Shown: positions 1 to 9,396 of the stretch, piece by piece
Numbering within the stretch: the stretch's first letter is position 1
Layout: the number at the start of each line of letters is the position of its first letter
Source of the DNA: Gammaproteobacteria bacterium
Lineage (GTDB): Bacteria > Pseudomonadota > Gammaproteobacteria > RBG-16-57-12
NCBI GenBank assembly: GCA_022712945.1
Contig: JAFLJP010000057.1
Location: 35,449 to 99,448 of the forward strand
Direction of reading: 5' to 3'
DNA: 64,000 bases
Program-made: the position numbers and the translations under genes
The notes under the pieces: generated by a model
What the model was told of the DNA's origin: nothing
Databases searched by the model: none
The model's input: only the letters and a program-made list of their open reading frames with translations

Positions 1-1
1 G

Positions 2-850
2 GGACAACTCATCGATGGTAAGGCGATCTCCGCTGGAATTCGCCAAAACATTAAAGTTCGCGTGCAACAGCGTGTTGCTCATGGTAAGCGTGCTCCGGGG
101 CTTGCGGTTATTCTGGTGGGTAGCAACCCTGCTTCTGAGATTTACGTTGGTGCGAAGCGCAAAGCGTGTGAAGAGGTCGGTTTTAAATCCATTGCCCATA
201 ACCTGCCGGCAGATACCACTCAAGAGACCCTGCTGACACTCATTGATGAACTCAATCATGATGAGACCATTGATGGCATTCTGGTTCAGCTGCCCCTGCC
301 CGAAGGGTTGTCAGTAGATGCCATTATCGAAGCTATTTCACCCCATAAAGATGTTGATGGTTTTCACCCTTGTAATATTGGTCGCCTGGCTCTGCGCCAA
401 CCCGCCTTACGCCCCTGTACCCCTAAAGGTATTATGACTCTGCTGGAAAAAACCGGCGAAGAGATCAGAGGCATGCACGCGATCATTGTGGGGGCTTCCA
501 ATATTGTTGGTCGACCCATGGGGCTTGAGCTGTTACTGGCGGGTGTCACTGTCACCACCACGCATCGCTTTACTAAAAACCTGGAGGGCTTTGTGCGCCA
601 GGCTGATATTTTGGTTGTTGCGGTGGGTAAGCCGGGCTTTATTCCTGGCGAGTGGGTTAAAGAAGGAGCGATTGTGATTGATGTGGGTATCAACCGCATG
701 GAGAATGGCAAGCTCTGTGGTGATGTGGATTTTGCCGGTGCTAAATTGCGTGCGGGCTGGATTACCCCAGTACCTGGCGGTGTTGGCCCAATGACCATCA
801 GTACGCTGCTGGAAAATACCCTGCAATCCGCCGATGAACGGCAGGCATGA
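2..850 (+). CDS. folD: Bifunctional methylenetetrahydrofolate dehydrogenase/cyclohydrolase FolD (5' end lies outside the window)
   Basis: The frame is open from nt 2 ([19 protein letters not shown]...). The translation has the FolD Rossmann core ([33 protein letters not shown]). Stop is at 848-850. Confidence 0.9.
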   Translation, partial: GQLIDGKAISAGIRQNIKVRVQQRVAHGKRAPGLAVILVGSNPASEIYVGAKRKACEEVGFKSIAHNLPADTTQETLLTLIDELNHDETIDGILVQLPLPEGLSVDAIIEAISPHKDVDGFHPCNIGRLALRQPALRPCTPKGIMTLLEKTGEEIRGMHAIIVGASNIVGRPMGLELLLAGVTVTTTHRFTKNLEGFVRQADILVVAVGKPGFIPGEWVKEGAIVIDVGINRMENGKLCGDVDFAGAKLRAGWITPVPGGVGPMTISTLLENTLQSADERQA

Positions 851-874
851 GACACCATAATTTTCAGGACTTTC

Positions 875-2392
875 TTAGCGCATCTGTAAGGCGAGCTTGG
901 CATGGTTAACCAGCTGCTGGAAACTTTCAAATTGTGACTTGCTCACGGGCATGTTTGAGTCGTGCATGTCGGCATAAAACATCCCTAGTGGTTTTTTTCT
1001 GTCACCAAATGCGGCAACTACAAAGTTATTAACCCCGGTTTTTTGTTCAAAGTCCCGGGGTAAAAATGCACGCCACTTTGGTTCCATGGCGTCCACGACA
1101 TGCAGTGTTTTATCGGCAAAAATGACTTTTGAAAAGAGATCGGTATCGCGATTGACCGGGAATTTAATAAAGCCTTTAAGTGACTCACCCCCCTTGCCAA
1201 TCACAATGCGGGCGGCGTATTGATCTCGCTTTGGAGACAACAGGCAGAGCGCGACCCGGCAAAAACCGGCTCCTTGACATAGCCCTTCCATCAGCTTCAT
1301 AAATATCTGATTAATATCTGCCCGTTGCATCATCATTTCGGTCATTTCATTGACAGTTTGTAACAACAAGGTCGGGTCACCTTTTGCCATACTCATTTCG
1401 CGTTCATCGGCCAGATCTACGCTGTTTTCGATGCTCTGGGCATAATAGGCGAACTGCTTGGCAATTCGGTCCCGAGCCGAGTCGCCACTCTCCATCACCC
1501 GGGGGGATAGCAGTTTTTTATTCAGGTTGAACTCTTTAGCCAGATGACAGCCCATTTCAAATGCTTTATTCAGTGCTCCCCTAATGACATCGCTATCCAT
1601 TCCACTCACTTTTTTTAACTGCGCCAGCACCTCAGTCAGTGGCTGAGAGTGGCGATAGGGTTTTGCGTAGAGTGCACCCATTACTTGGCTGGCGAGGTTA
1701 GGGATAAACCGGTTGAATTCGGCAGAACTGCTCACCTCTTTGCTCGGCTGCTTTTGAATTCCAAGGGTGTTTTTGATCTCGGTGGGAAAGCCCCAGTCGG
1801 AGAGCAGATCCTGGGCAATGTCATCAAACCCACAGGATAATACCTCTCGCTGTGCGGCTGGCCAGCGCTTCCCCTTCTCTTCGCAGAGTCGAACCACTGC
1901 CATGTATTGATCCGGCATCGCATAAGCGACAATCATTTCACCCAGGTTGTGCATCAGGCCACAGAGGTAGCTCTGCTCGATATTGTCGACTCCCGCCTTG
2001 ATGGCCATTTCGCGCATGAAAGCGGCTGAAAGGTAGGCGTGAACCAGCATGCTGTTTATGTCCAGCTCATGATCTCCCTGGGAGAGTGAGTCGAGCAATT
2101 TCAGTGACAGGCTGATGTTTTTAATGGTATCAAAACCCAATACCATTACCGCCTGCGAAATAGAACCGATTTTAGCTTGCCCCCGGTTGTAATGTACCGA
2201 GTTAGAGAGGCGCAACATTTTCACACTCAGGCTGGCATCTTTCATCACCTCCATTGAGAGCTGCATGGCATCGGAGTCCGGGTTTTCGCTGATTTTTGAG
2301 ATGCGGTTGACACTGGCACTGAAGATTGGCAGGTCACCCAGTTCGTCAAGGTTATGCTGAAGTTGCTGGTAGCTCTTTTCATCGCTTTGCAT
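875..2392 (-). CDS. HDOD-domain signal-transduction protein with a C-terminal sensor-like (GAF-type) region
   Basis: 505 aa. The N-terminal half matches the HDOD pattern (MLRLSNSVHYNRGQAKIGSISQAVMVLGFDTIKNISLSL...HAYLSAAFMREMA). It is convergent with folD. Confidence 0.55.
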   Translation of the reverse strand: MQSDEKSYQQLQHNLDELGDLPIFSASVNRISKISENPDSDAMQLSMEVMKDASLSVKMLRLSNSVHYNRGQAKIGSISQAVMVLGFDTIKNISLSLKLLDSLSQGDHELDINSMLVHAYLSAAFMREMAIKAGVDNIEQSYLCGLMHNLGEMIVAYAMPDQYMAVVRLCEEKGKRWPAAQREVLSCGFDDIAQDLLSDWGFPTEIKNTLGIQKQPSKEVSSSAEFNRFIPNLASQVMGALYAKPYRHSQPLTEVLAQLKKVSGMDSDVIRGALNKAFEMGCHLAKEFNLNKKLLSPRVMESGDSARDRIAKQFAYYAQSIENSVDLADEREMSMAKGDPTLLLQTVNEMTEMMMQRADINQIFMKLMEGLCQGAGFCRVALCLLSPKRDQYAARIVIGKGGESLKGFIKFPVNRDTDLFSKVIFADKTLHVVDAMEPKWRAFLPRDFEQKTGVNNFVVAAFGDRKKPLGMFYADMHDSNMPVSKSQFESFQQLVNHAKLALQMR

Positions 2393-2432
2393 GGTCTGTT
2401 TGGAAACCTTTTTGGCTGGTGTGACAAAATCA

Positions 2433-2469
2433 ACAGAACAACTGATCCGTCAATATAAAGTGGTTGATG
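2433..2469. repeat. 37-bp repeat R (acagaacaacYgatccgtcaatataaagtggttgatg), copy 1, abutting the IS256-type end
   Basis: A near-identical copy lies at 24841-24877. Both copies sit 5-25 bp from a 'gcctgtccgagaatag' IS terminus. Confidence 0.6.
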
Positions 2470-2474
2470 CGCTA

Positions 2475-3045
2475 GAAGCCTGTCCGAGAATAGATAGGCC
2501 TACTGCGAAAGCGTGTTTTTTGCTCATTTTCCCGCCAAATTTTTAGACTGTAAGTCATTCTGTGTAACGGCCGGTTTTAAATCACTGAGGGTTCTATTCT
2601 CCGCAGCTTGCTGCGGGGTAGTTTATTGTAGTCCGTCAAACGCTCTTCAAACTCAATGATAAAACGATTCAGTGCGGGTTTCCAATTCCTAATTGGCATT
2701 GTCCATTTTTTAGCCGCCGCTTGTGTCGCCAAGTAGATCACTTTTTTGGCTGAGTCATCCGTCGGAAACAGTTTCCGTTTTTTAATCGCTTTGCGAATAA
2801 CACTGTTCAGCGATTCAATGGCGTTGGTGGTGTAGATGACTTTACGAATATCATCAGGATAGTTGAACAAGGTGTTGAAGTTATGCCAATGATTTCGCCA
2901 TGAACGGCTGATCTGCGGGTATTTGTCATCCCAGCGCTCGGCAAATTGTTCGAGTGCTAACAGGGCTTCTTCTTTAGTCACTGACTGATAAATTTTCTTC
3001 AGCTCAGCTGCCACAGTCTTAATAGTCTTTCCATGGCACATACTT
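2475..3045 (-). mobile_element. Truncated IS256-family element: terminal repeat plus transposase 3' fragment
   Basis: The terminus 'agcctgtccgagaatagataggcctactgcgaaagcgtgttttttgctcattttcccgcc' is the reverse complement of the right end of the 24901-25067 element. It is followed by a transposase C-terminal fragment. The N-terminal ~250 codons are missing. Confidence 0.75.
2577..3041 (-). pseudogene. IS256/mutator-family transposase, C-terminal 154-aa fragment
   Basis: The translation (YTTNAIESLNSVIRKAIKKRKLFPTDDSAKKVIYLATQAAAKKWTMPIRNWKPALNRF) matches the conserved C-terminal block of IS256 transposases. Full-length proteins are about 400 aa. Confidence 0.8.
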
Positions 3046-3290
3046 CATCGTGTTACGCACCATGTGAATGATACAGAACTGTATTTGGGCCTGTGGATAT
3101 ACGGCATGCTGGGGCTAATGATAGGCAATTACACAGATTTCAGTACAGTCTCAGCCAGAGTTCGCTACTCTATTTAGAGCTCGTACATAAGTACGCATTT
3201 ATTTTTTTATTGGAGCGGTTTTATTGTTGACAACGGGGGAGTCCACATAAGTTACAAACTATCTTTCGTGCAAAGGTCTCAATACAACCT

Positions 3291-3388
3291 AGGAGGCTGT
3301 CCGAGAATAGAGGTTGTAGCGAGAGAGTGTGATTTTTAGTTCATTTTTTCGATAATTTGAGGCGAATGGTTGTTCTCTTTAACGAAAA
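3291..3388 (+). mobile_element. Solo IS256-type left-end fragment
   Basis: 'taggaggctgtccgagaatagaggttgtagcgagagagtgtgatttttagttcattttttcgataatttgaggcgaatggttgttctctttaacgaaaa' is about 95% identical to 24901-25000 and to 61731-61808. No adjacent transposase ORF. Confidence 0.7.
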
Positions 3389-3575
3389 CAGGATTTCTGC
3401 TGATCTCTCTGGGTGCCCTGTTTTCCATTGCCTCGGCACTTTATTCAGCGCGAGCTGATACTACTTAAAAAGGCGAAAAGAATTTTAAAGGTGAGTTGGA
3501 GAGAGAGCTTTCCCGCCTGCTGCCACACCAACACCCTGACATGAAAGATACATCCTCAAAAGGGGGATCTATGCA

Positions 3576-6035
3576 ATGAATGATGTTAACGAAACAGCTG
3601 ATAAAACGACCAGCAACCAGGGACTCTCCAGCGATGAGGCAGCGCGTCGTCTAACACAATATGGCCCCAATGCTCTGGAAGATAAGCAGGTTTCTGTTCT
3701 AAGACGCCTGCTCGGTTATTTCTGGGGACCTATTCCGTGGATGATTGAAATCGCGGCGATACTCTCTGCGCTGGTGCAGCACTGGGCCGATTTCTGGATC
3801 ATTATCACACTGCTGATCTTTAATGCAGCAGTGGGTTTCTGGCAAGAGTACACCGCTGGTAATGCGGTGGCCGCATTGATGAAGCAGCTGGCGATGAGGG
3901 CGCGTGTACGGCGCGATAAACAGTGGCAAGAGATCGATGCACAGAGACTGGTGCCGGGCGATATCGTGCGCATTCGCCTCGGCGATGTCATTCCCGCTGA
4001 TGTTAAATTGATAGAGGGTGATTATCTGAGCGTGGATCAGTCGGCACTCACCGGCGAATCACTGCCCACCACCAAGCGCACAGGCGATGATGCCTTTTCG
4101 GGAACGGTAGTCAAACAAGGCGAGGTCGTTGCACAAGTGATGGCAACAGGGGCCAATACCCGTTTTGGTAAAACAGCCAGCCTAGTGCAGCAGGCAAAAA
4201 CCGTCTCTCACTTTCAGAAGGCGGTTCTCTCCATCGGTGATTACCTGATCTACGTCAGCCTAGCACTGGTGGCCATCCTGATTATCGTTGGCTTACACCG
4301 GGGTTCCGACTGGCTGGAGCTGGTGCAATTTGCACTGATCCTTACCGTTGCCTCCATTCCCGTTGCCATGCCGGCGGTGCTCTCCATGACCATGGCGATG
4401 GGGGCCATGGCGCTGTCGAAACGCAAGGCGATCGTTACCCGTCTGGAGTCGATCGAAGAGATGGCCAGCATGGATGTTTTATGCTCGGATAAAACAGGTA
4501 CCTTGACGCAAAATCGCCTGACATTAGGTGAGATCGAAATTTTTCATGCCAAGGATGAGCAGGAGGTCTTGTTAGCGGCGGCACAAGCCTCGCGTGAAGA
4601 GGACAGGGATGCCATCGATGATGCCGTGCTGGAAGGACTGAAAGATAAAAGTCAGCTCACGGCCTTTCGCCAAACCGATTTCATCCCCTTTGACCCCGTA
4701 CACAAGCGCACGGAAGCCACCTTACAGGATGCCAGCGGCAGCACCTTTCAAACCGTCAAAGGCGCACCGCAGGTTGTTATGGAAATGGCGGGACTTGAGG
4801 GGGAGGGGCTGACACGCGCCCAGCAAATCATCGATGACTTCGCGCAGCAGGGCTATCGCGCCCTCGGGGTTGCGCACCGGGAAAGTGGCTCCGCCAGTTG
4901 GACCTTTCTTGGCATTCTATCTCTGTTTGATCCACCACGCGAAGACTCTGCGACAACCATTGCCGAGACACGCGCCTACGGCGTTAGCATGAAAATGGTG
5001 ACGGGCGACAACTTGTCTATCGCCAAACAGATTGCCACAAAATTGGGGTTGGGCAGCAATATTTTGCGTGCTGATGCCTTGCCCAGCGGAAACAGTGGCC
5101 TAGATCATCGAGAGAGCATAAAGGCGGTAGAGGGCGCGGATGGCTTTGCCGAGGTCTTTCCCGAGCATAAATTCGAAATTGTTAAAATCCTGCAAAATCG
5201 CAATCACATTACCGGCATGACCGGCGACGGCGTCAACGATGCCCCAGCTTTAAAGCAGGCCGACGTGGGGATCGCCGTCAGTGGCGCAACCGATGCCGCA
5301 CGCGCCGCCGCAGATCTAGTACTGACCGGGCCGGGGCTATCAGTGATCACCCATGCCATCGAGGAGGCACGACGCATTTTCGAGCGTATGAATGCCTACG
5401 CTATTTACCGCATCAGCGAAACCATTCGCATCATGTTCTTCGTGGTGCTGGCGATGATTTTTTTCGACTTCTATCCCATCACCGCAATCATGATCATCCT
5501 GCTCGCCTTCTTCAACGACCTGCCCATCATGACCATCGCGTACGATCGCACCGGACTGGAGAAAGGCCCGGTGAGATGGAACATGCGCCAAGTCATTACC
5601 GTGGCCACCGTCATGGGTATCGTCGGCGTGGTGGGCAGCTTTGGTATGTTGCTGATTGCTATGGACTGGCTGCACCTGGACGTGGCGCAAATTCAGACCT
5701 ATGTATTCCTGAAAATGGCCATTGCCGGGCACCTGGTGTTGTTCGTTGCACGAACCAAAGGGCATTTCTGGGAGCGTCCCTGGCCCGCCCCGATCATGAT
5801 CTGGTCTGCGCTAATCACCAAACTGGCCGCAACACTGTTGGCGGCCTACGGCTTCGGACTCATCACCCCCATTACCTGGCCAGAAATCGCACTCATCTGG
5901 AGTTATTCGTTCGCCTCCGCCTTGCTCACCGACTGGGTCAAGGTTCAGGTCTATCGCCACATGTCACAGGAGGCACCTCGCCATCGTGGTTTTCTGGCGC
6001 GGCTGAAAAAATCCCTGCATGTTTTTGGACGTTAG
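3576..6035 (+). CDS. P-type ATPase, type IIIA (plasma-membrane H+-ATPase family)
   Basis: 819 aa with DKTGTLT, TGD and [10 protein letters not shown] motifs. The N-terminus resembles plant and fungal PMA/AHA proton pumps (GLSSDEAARRLTQYGPNALEDKQVSVLRRLLGYFWGPIPWMIEIAAI). This is not the MgtA or Kdp signature. Confidence 0.85.
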   Translation: MNDVNETADKTTSNQGLSSDEAARRLTQYGPNALEDKQVSVLRRLLGYFWGPIPWMIEIAAILSALVQHWADFWIIITLLIFNAAVGFWQEYTAGNAVAALMKQLAMRARVRRDKQWQEIDAQRLVPGDIVRIRLGDVIPADVKLIEGDYLSVDQSALTGESLPTTKRTGDDAFSGTVVKQGEVVAQVMATGANTRFGKTASLVQQAKTVSHFQKAVLSIGDYLIYVSLALVAILIIVGLHRGSDWLELVQFALILTVASIPVAMPAVLSMTMAMGAMALSKRKAIVTRLESIEEMASMDVLCSDKTGTLTQNRLTLGEIEIFHAKDEQEVLLAAAQASREEDRDAIDDAVLEGLKDKSQLTAFRQTDFIPFDPVHKRTEATLQDASGSTFQTVKGAPQVVMEMAGLEGEGLTRAQQIIDDFAQQGYRALGVAHRESGSASWTFLGILSLFDPPREDSATTIAETRAYGVSMKMVTGDNLSIAKQIATKLGLGSNILRADALPSGNSGLDHRESIKAVEGADGFAEVFPEHKFEIVKILQNRNHITGMTGDGVNDAPALKQADVGIAVSGATDAARAAADLVLTGPGLSVITHAIEEARRIFERMNAYAIYRISETIRIMFFVVLAMIFFDFYPITAIMIILLAFFNDLPIMTIAYDRTGLEKGPVRWNMRQVITVATVMGIVGVVGSFGMLLIAMDWLHLDVAQIQTYVFLKMAIAGHLVLFVARTKGHFWERPWPAPIMIWSALITKLAATLLAAYGFGLITPITWPEIALIWSYSFASALLTDWVKVQVYRHMSQEAPRHRGFLARLKKSLHVFGR

Positions 6036-6193
6036 GGATGTAGAAGAAGTTAACGTACCGTTATTACGCCGAATTGTTGTTCACCCTATCTAGGCCGGTA
6101 TTGGGCGCATAGTGAGCTACGCAACGAATACCGGCCTAGAGAGGGTGGGCGAAAAGAGAAGTAAGCGCGGTATTTTAATAAATTCTACATCCC
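6036..6193. mobile_element. MITE1 copy (158 bp). TIR is gggatgtagaa...ttctacatccc, 3-bp TSD is TTA, with an internal 13-bp palindrome
   Basis: The element is about 95% identical to 11083-11241. The target-site duplication TTA lies at 6032-6034 and 6194-6196. The ATPase stop codon TAG (6033-6035) straddles the TSD and element boundary. Confidence 0.85.
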
Positions 6194-6869
6194 TTAACAA
6201 TGAGAAGTTCAACTGTGACTACAACGCATTCCGCATGGAAACCTTTGAAAATACGACAGACCCTCTTGCTCATCGTACGGTCATTTTTTATCGCGTTCCC
6301 CGCCATGGCAACTGAGAATGTATCAATGCCCGTAACGGGGAAGCTCACGCTCTCCGGCATTGTCCAACTTGGTCACCCTGTGGGCCGGCCTTTCATGACA
6401 ATCATTCAGTCGTTGTCACCGCAGTGAAATGTTTCTCCAAAAACATCCATTTCAAGGCAACGAATATTTGGTAGGCTCAAGTCCGAGGCCTGAATCCCAT
6501 TCACAGTCGAATGCTGTATAGACTCAGCAGCAACGCCCTGGGAGGCTATGAATAGGTCTGGTTGGGCTTAATCAGAGTTTCTTTGAGTAATGCTCAATAA
6601 GCCTGTCCGCAAGGTCAGAAGATCATTGGTGGTGGTGATTTTGTGAGGTAGTATGTGCATAGGTCTTGTCTGTATCACCGATTGGGCACGGGTTTGTTTG
6701 GTCGCTAACCATTGTACAGCCAAGGTTTTTTGCGTTTTAGATATTTAAATCGGCTTCTTTGATGAGGCTGTTCTAAACTATTCAAGTTACGGTGTGGATG
6801 TGCGATAACCTCCTTCCACAGCATGCCCTGTAAATGGGTGGTAAAATGCCACCGTTGATGCCGACATAG

Positions 6870-9389
6870 ATGGAAAAAACCATGCCAAAATCGAATGCCA
6901 AATCTGCTCCCTGTGCCGCCAAGTTAATTACACTGCCGCCTTTGGCGATGGATGAGAAGGCGATATCTGAAGATCTGATTCGCTATTACAGCCGCACCTT
7001 GGGGCGTGAGCTTAAAAACTGCACCCCGCACTATCTCTATGAGGCGTTGGCCTACACGGTGCGCGATCGCCTGATGGAGCGCTGGAAAAATACCCGCGCA
7101 ACCTATGAAAATCTCGATGCCCGTCGTACCTGCTATCTCTCATTGGAGTTTTTGATGGGGCGTGCGCTGGGCAATGCGATGTTGAATCTCGGCATCGATG
7201 ATGCGGCTCATCGGGCACTGTATGATTACGGTATCGACCAGGAGCAGGTGGCGGAGAGTGAGCCAGATGCAGGTTTGGGTAATGGTGGTTTGGGCCGTTT
7301 GGCAGCCTGTTTTTTGGATAGCTGTGCCACCTTGCAGTTGCCGGTGCTGGGTTATGGTCTGCGTTATGAATATGGCATGTTTCGTCAGCAGTTGGAAAAT
7401 GGTCATCAACTGGAAGAGCCAGACCACTGGCTGCGTGATGGCCACCCCTGGGAGCTGGAGCGGCCGGAGTTTACCCAGCGCATTCATTTTGGTGGTCGCA
7501 CCGAGCACTACACCGATTATGCGGGTGTTACACGGGTTCGCTGGGTTGACGCTCTTGATGTTTTGGCGGTGCCTTACGATGTGCCGATTCCCGGTTTTGA
7601 GAACGATACGGTCAATAGCCTGCGTTTGTGGAAGTCGACTGCGACGGATGAGTTTAATTTGAGTGAGTTTAACGCCGGTGACTACGTTGAAGCGGTGGCC
7701 TCGAAAAATAAGGCTGAGCACATCACCATGGTGCTCTACCCGAACGATGCCAGTGAGAATGGCAAAGAGCTGCGGCTGCGCCAGCAATATTTTCTTGCCT
7801 CTGCCTCACTGAAAGATGTACTGCGTCGCTGGGTGCTTCTGCATGGCAATGACTTCAGCACCTTTGTGGATAAAAACTGTTTTCAACTGAATGATACTCA
7901 CCCCAGTATCGCGGTTGCTGAGCTGATGCGGCTATTGGTCGACGAACATCATATGGATTGGGATGGGGCGTGGGCGATTGTCACCAAAGTGATGGCTTAC
8001 ACCAATCACACTCTGCTTCCGGAAGCACTGGAGCGCTGGTCGGTACCGATGTTTGCCTACTTGTTGCCCCGTCTGTTAGAAGTGATTTATGAAATTAATG
8101 CCCGCTTTATGAAGCAGATTGCCCAACGCTGGCCGGGCGATACAGCGCGCCAGCAGCGGATGTCGATTATCGAAGAGGGGCCTTGCCAGATGATACGCAT
8201 GGCAAACCTGGCGATTGTTGGTAGCTTCTCGGTGAATGGGGTTGCTGAATTGCACTCCAAACTGTTGGTTGAAGGTCTGTTTAAAGATTTCAATGAGATG
8301 TGGCCAGAGAAATTTAATAACAAGACTAACGGTGTTACCCAGCGCCGCTGGTTGGCGATGTGCAACCCCGGTCTGAACAAATTGATCACTCAGACCATTG
8401 GTAGTGGCTGGATTACCGAGTTGGAGCAACTGCGCAAGTTGATTCCCTATGCGGCTAAAACACAATTTCGCAAGCAGTGGGCCGATGTAAAACTGGCCAA
8501 CAAACAGCGCCTTGCCGCACTGGTGGAGAGAGAGTGTGGAGTGAAATTTGATACCTCGGCACTGTTTGATGTGCAGGTGAAGCGTATTCATGAGTACAAA
8601 CGCCAGTTGTTGAATATCCTGCATGTGATTCACCTTTATGATCGCATCAAACGGGGGGATACCCAAAACTGGACCAAACGCTGTGTGCTGATCGGTGGCA
8701 AGGCGGCCCCGGGTTATGCGATGGCAAAGTCGATTATCAAGCTGGTTGGTAATGTGGCTGAAGTGGTTAACAACGACCCGGATGTGGGTGATCTGTTGAA
8801 AGTGGTCTTCTTCCCGAATTATCGTGTTTCGGCGATGGAGGTAATTGCCCCAGGCTCTGACCTATCGGAGCAGATCTCTACCGCCGGTAAAGAGGCTTCT
8901 GGTACTGGCAACATGAAGTTCATGATGAATGGTGCGGTGACTATCGGTACGCTGGATGGAGCCAATATCGAGATCCGGGAAGAGGTGGGGGATGATAACT
9001 TCTTCCTGTTCGGTTTGACGGCACCAGAGGTTGATGCGTTGCGCCGCGATTACCGCCCCTGGGATTATATCAATCACGATGCCGATTTCAGCGCCGTCAT
9101 GAGCCTGCTGCAAAGTGGTCACTTCTGTCAGTTTGAGGCGGGTATATTTGATGACATCATCAATAGTATTACCAACCCCCACGATCCTTGGCTGACCGCC
9201 GCAGATTTTCGCAGTTTCGTGGATGCGCAGACGCAGGCCGCTGCCGCCTACCGTGATCAAAAACGTTGGGTACGGATGAGTATTTTAAATACAGCCACCA
9301 GTGGTAAATTTTCCACTGACCGTACTATGCGTGATTACAATGAAGAGATCTGGAAGCTTGAAGCGGTAAAACCGGCTGTGGTGGGCTAA
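6870..9389 (+). CDS. glgP: Glycogen/maltodextrin phosphorylase
   Basis: 839 aa. Carries the pyridoxal-phosphate site EASGTGNMKFMMNGA and the typical phosphorylase N-terminal region. Confidence 0.95.
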   Translation: MEKTMPKSNAKSAPCAAKLITLPPLAMDEKAISEDLIRYYSRTLGRELKNCTPHYLYEALAYTVRDRLMERWKNTRATYENLDARRTCYLSLEFLMGRALGNAMLNLGIDDAAHRALYDYGIDQEQVAESEPDAGLGNGGLGRLAACFLDSCATLQLPVLGYGLRYEYGMFRQQLENGHQLEEPDHWLRDGHPWELERPEFTQRIHFGGRTEHYTDYAGVTRVRWVDALDVLAVPYDVPIPGFENDTVNSLRLWKSTATDEFNLSEFNAGDYVEAVASKNKAEHITMVLYPNDASENGKELRLRQQYFLASASLKDVLRRWVLLHGNDFSTFVDKNCFQLNDTHPSIAVAELMRLLVDEHHMDWDGAWAIVTKVMAYTNHTLLPEALERWSVPMFAYLLPRLLEVIYEINARFMKQIAQRWPGDTARQQRMSIIEEGPCQMIRMANLAIVGSFSVNGVAELHSKLLVEGLFKDFNEMWPEKFNNKTNGVTQRRWLAMCNPGLNKLITQTIGSGWITELEQLRKLIPYAAKTQFRKQWADVKLANKQRLAALVERECGVKFDTSALFDVQVKRIHEYKRQLLNILHVIHLYDRIKRGDTQNWTKRCVLIGGKAAPGYAMAKSIIKLVGNVAEVVNNDPDVGDLLKVVFFPNYRVSAMEVIAPGSDLSEQISTAGKEASGTGNMKFMMNGAVTIGTLDGANIEIREEVGDDNFFLFGLTAPEVDALRRDYRPWDYINHDADFSAVMSLLQSGHFCQFEAGIFDDIINSITNPHDPWLTAADFRSFVDAQTQAAAAYRDQKRWVRMSILNTATSGKFSTDRTMRDYNEEIWKLEAVKPAVVG

Positions 9390-9396
9390 GGTTTTT

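Noticed and set aside
364-930. Long antisense or out-of-frame ORFs inside confirmed genes (e.g. 364..930-, 7140..7787-, 8076..8666-, 26068..26727-, 34970..35560-, 35683..36165-, 43619..44036-, 62932..63600+)
   Set aside because: Each is fully embedded in a gene with strong family-level motifs on the other strand or frame, and none carries a recognisable motif of its own. They are typical shadow ORFs in roughly 50% GC DNA.
6200-6427. 75-aa ORF in the 830-bp ATPase-glgP intergenic region
   Set aside because: No RBS and a low-complexity translation. The region is more likely the glgP leader and promoter, plus MITE flank.
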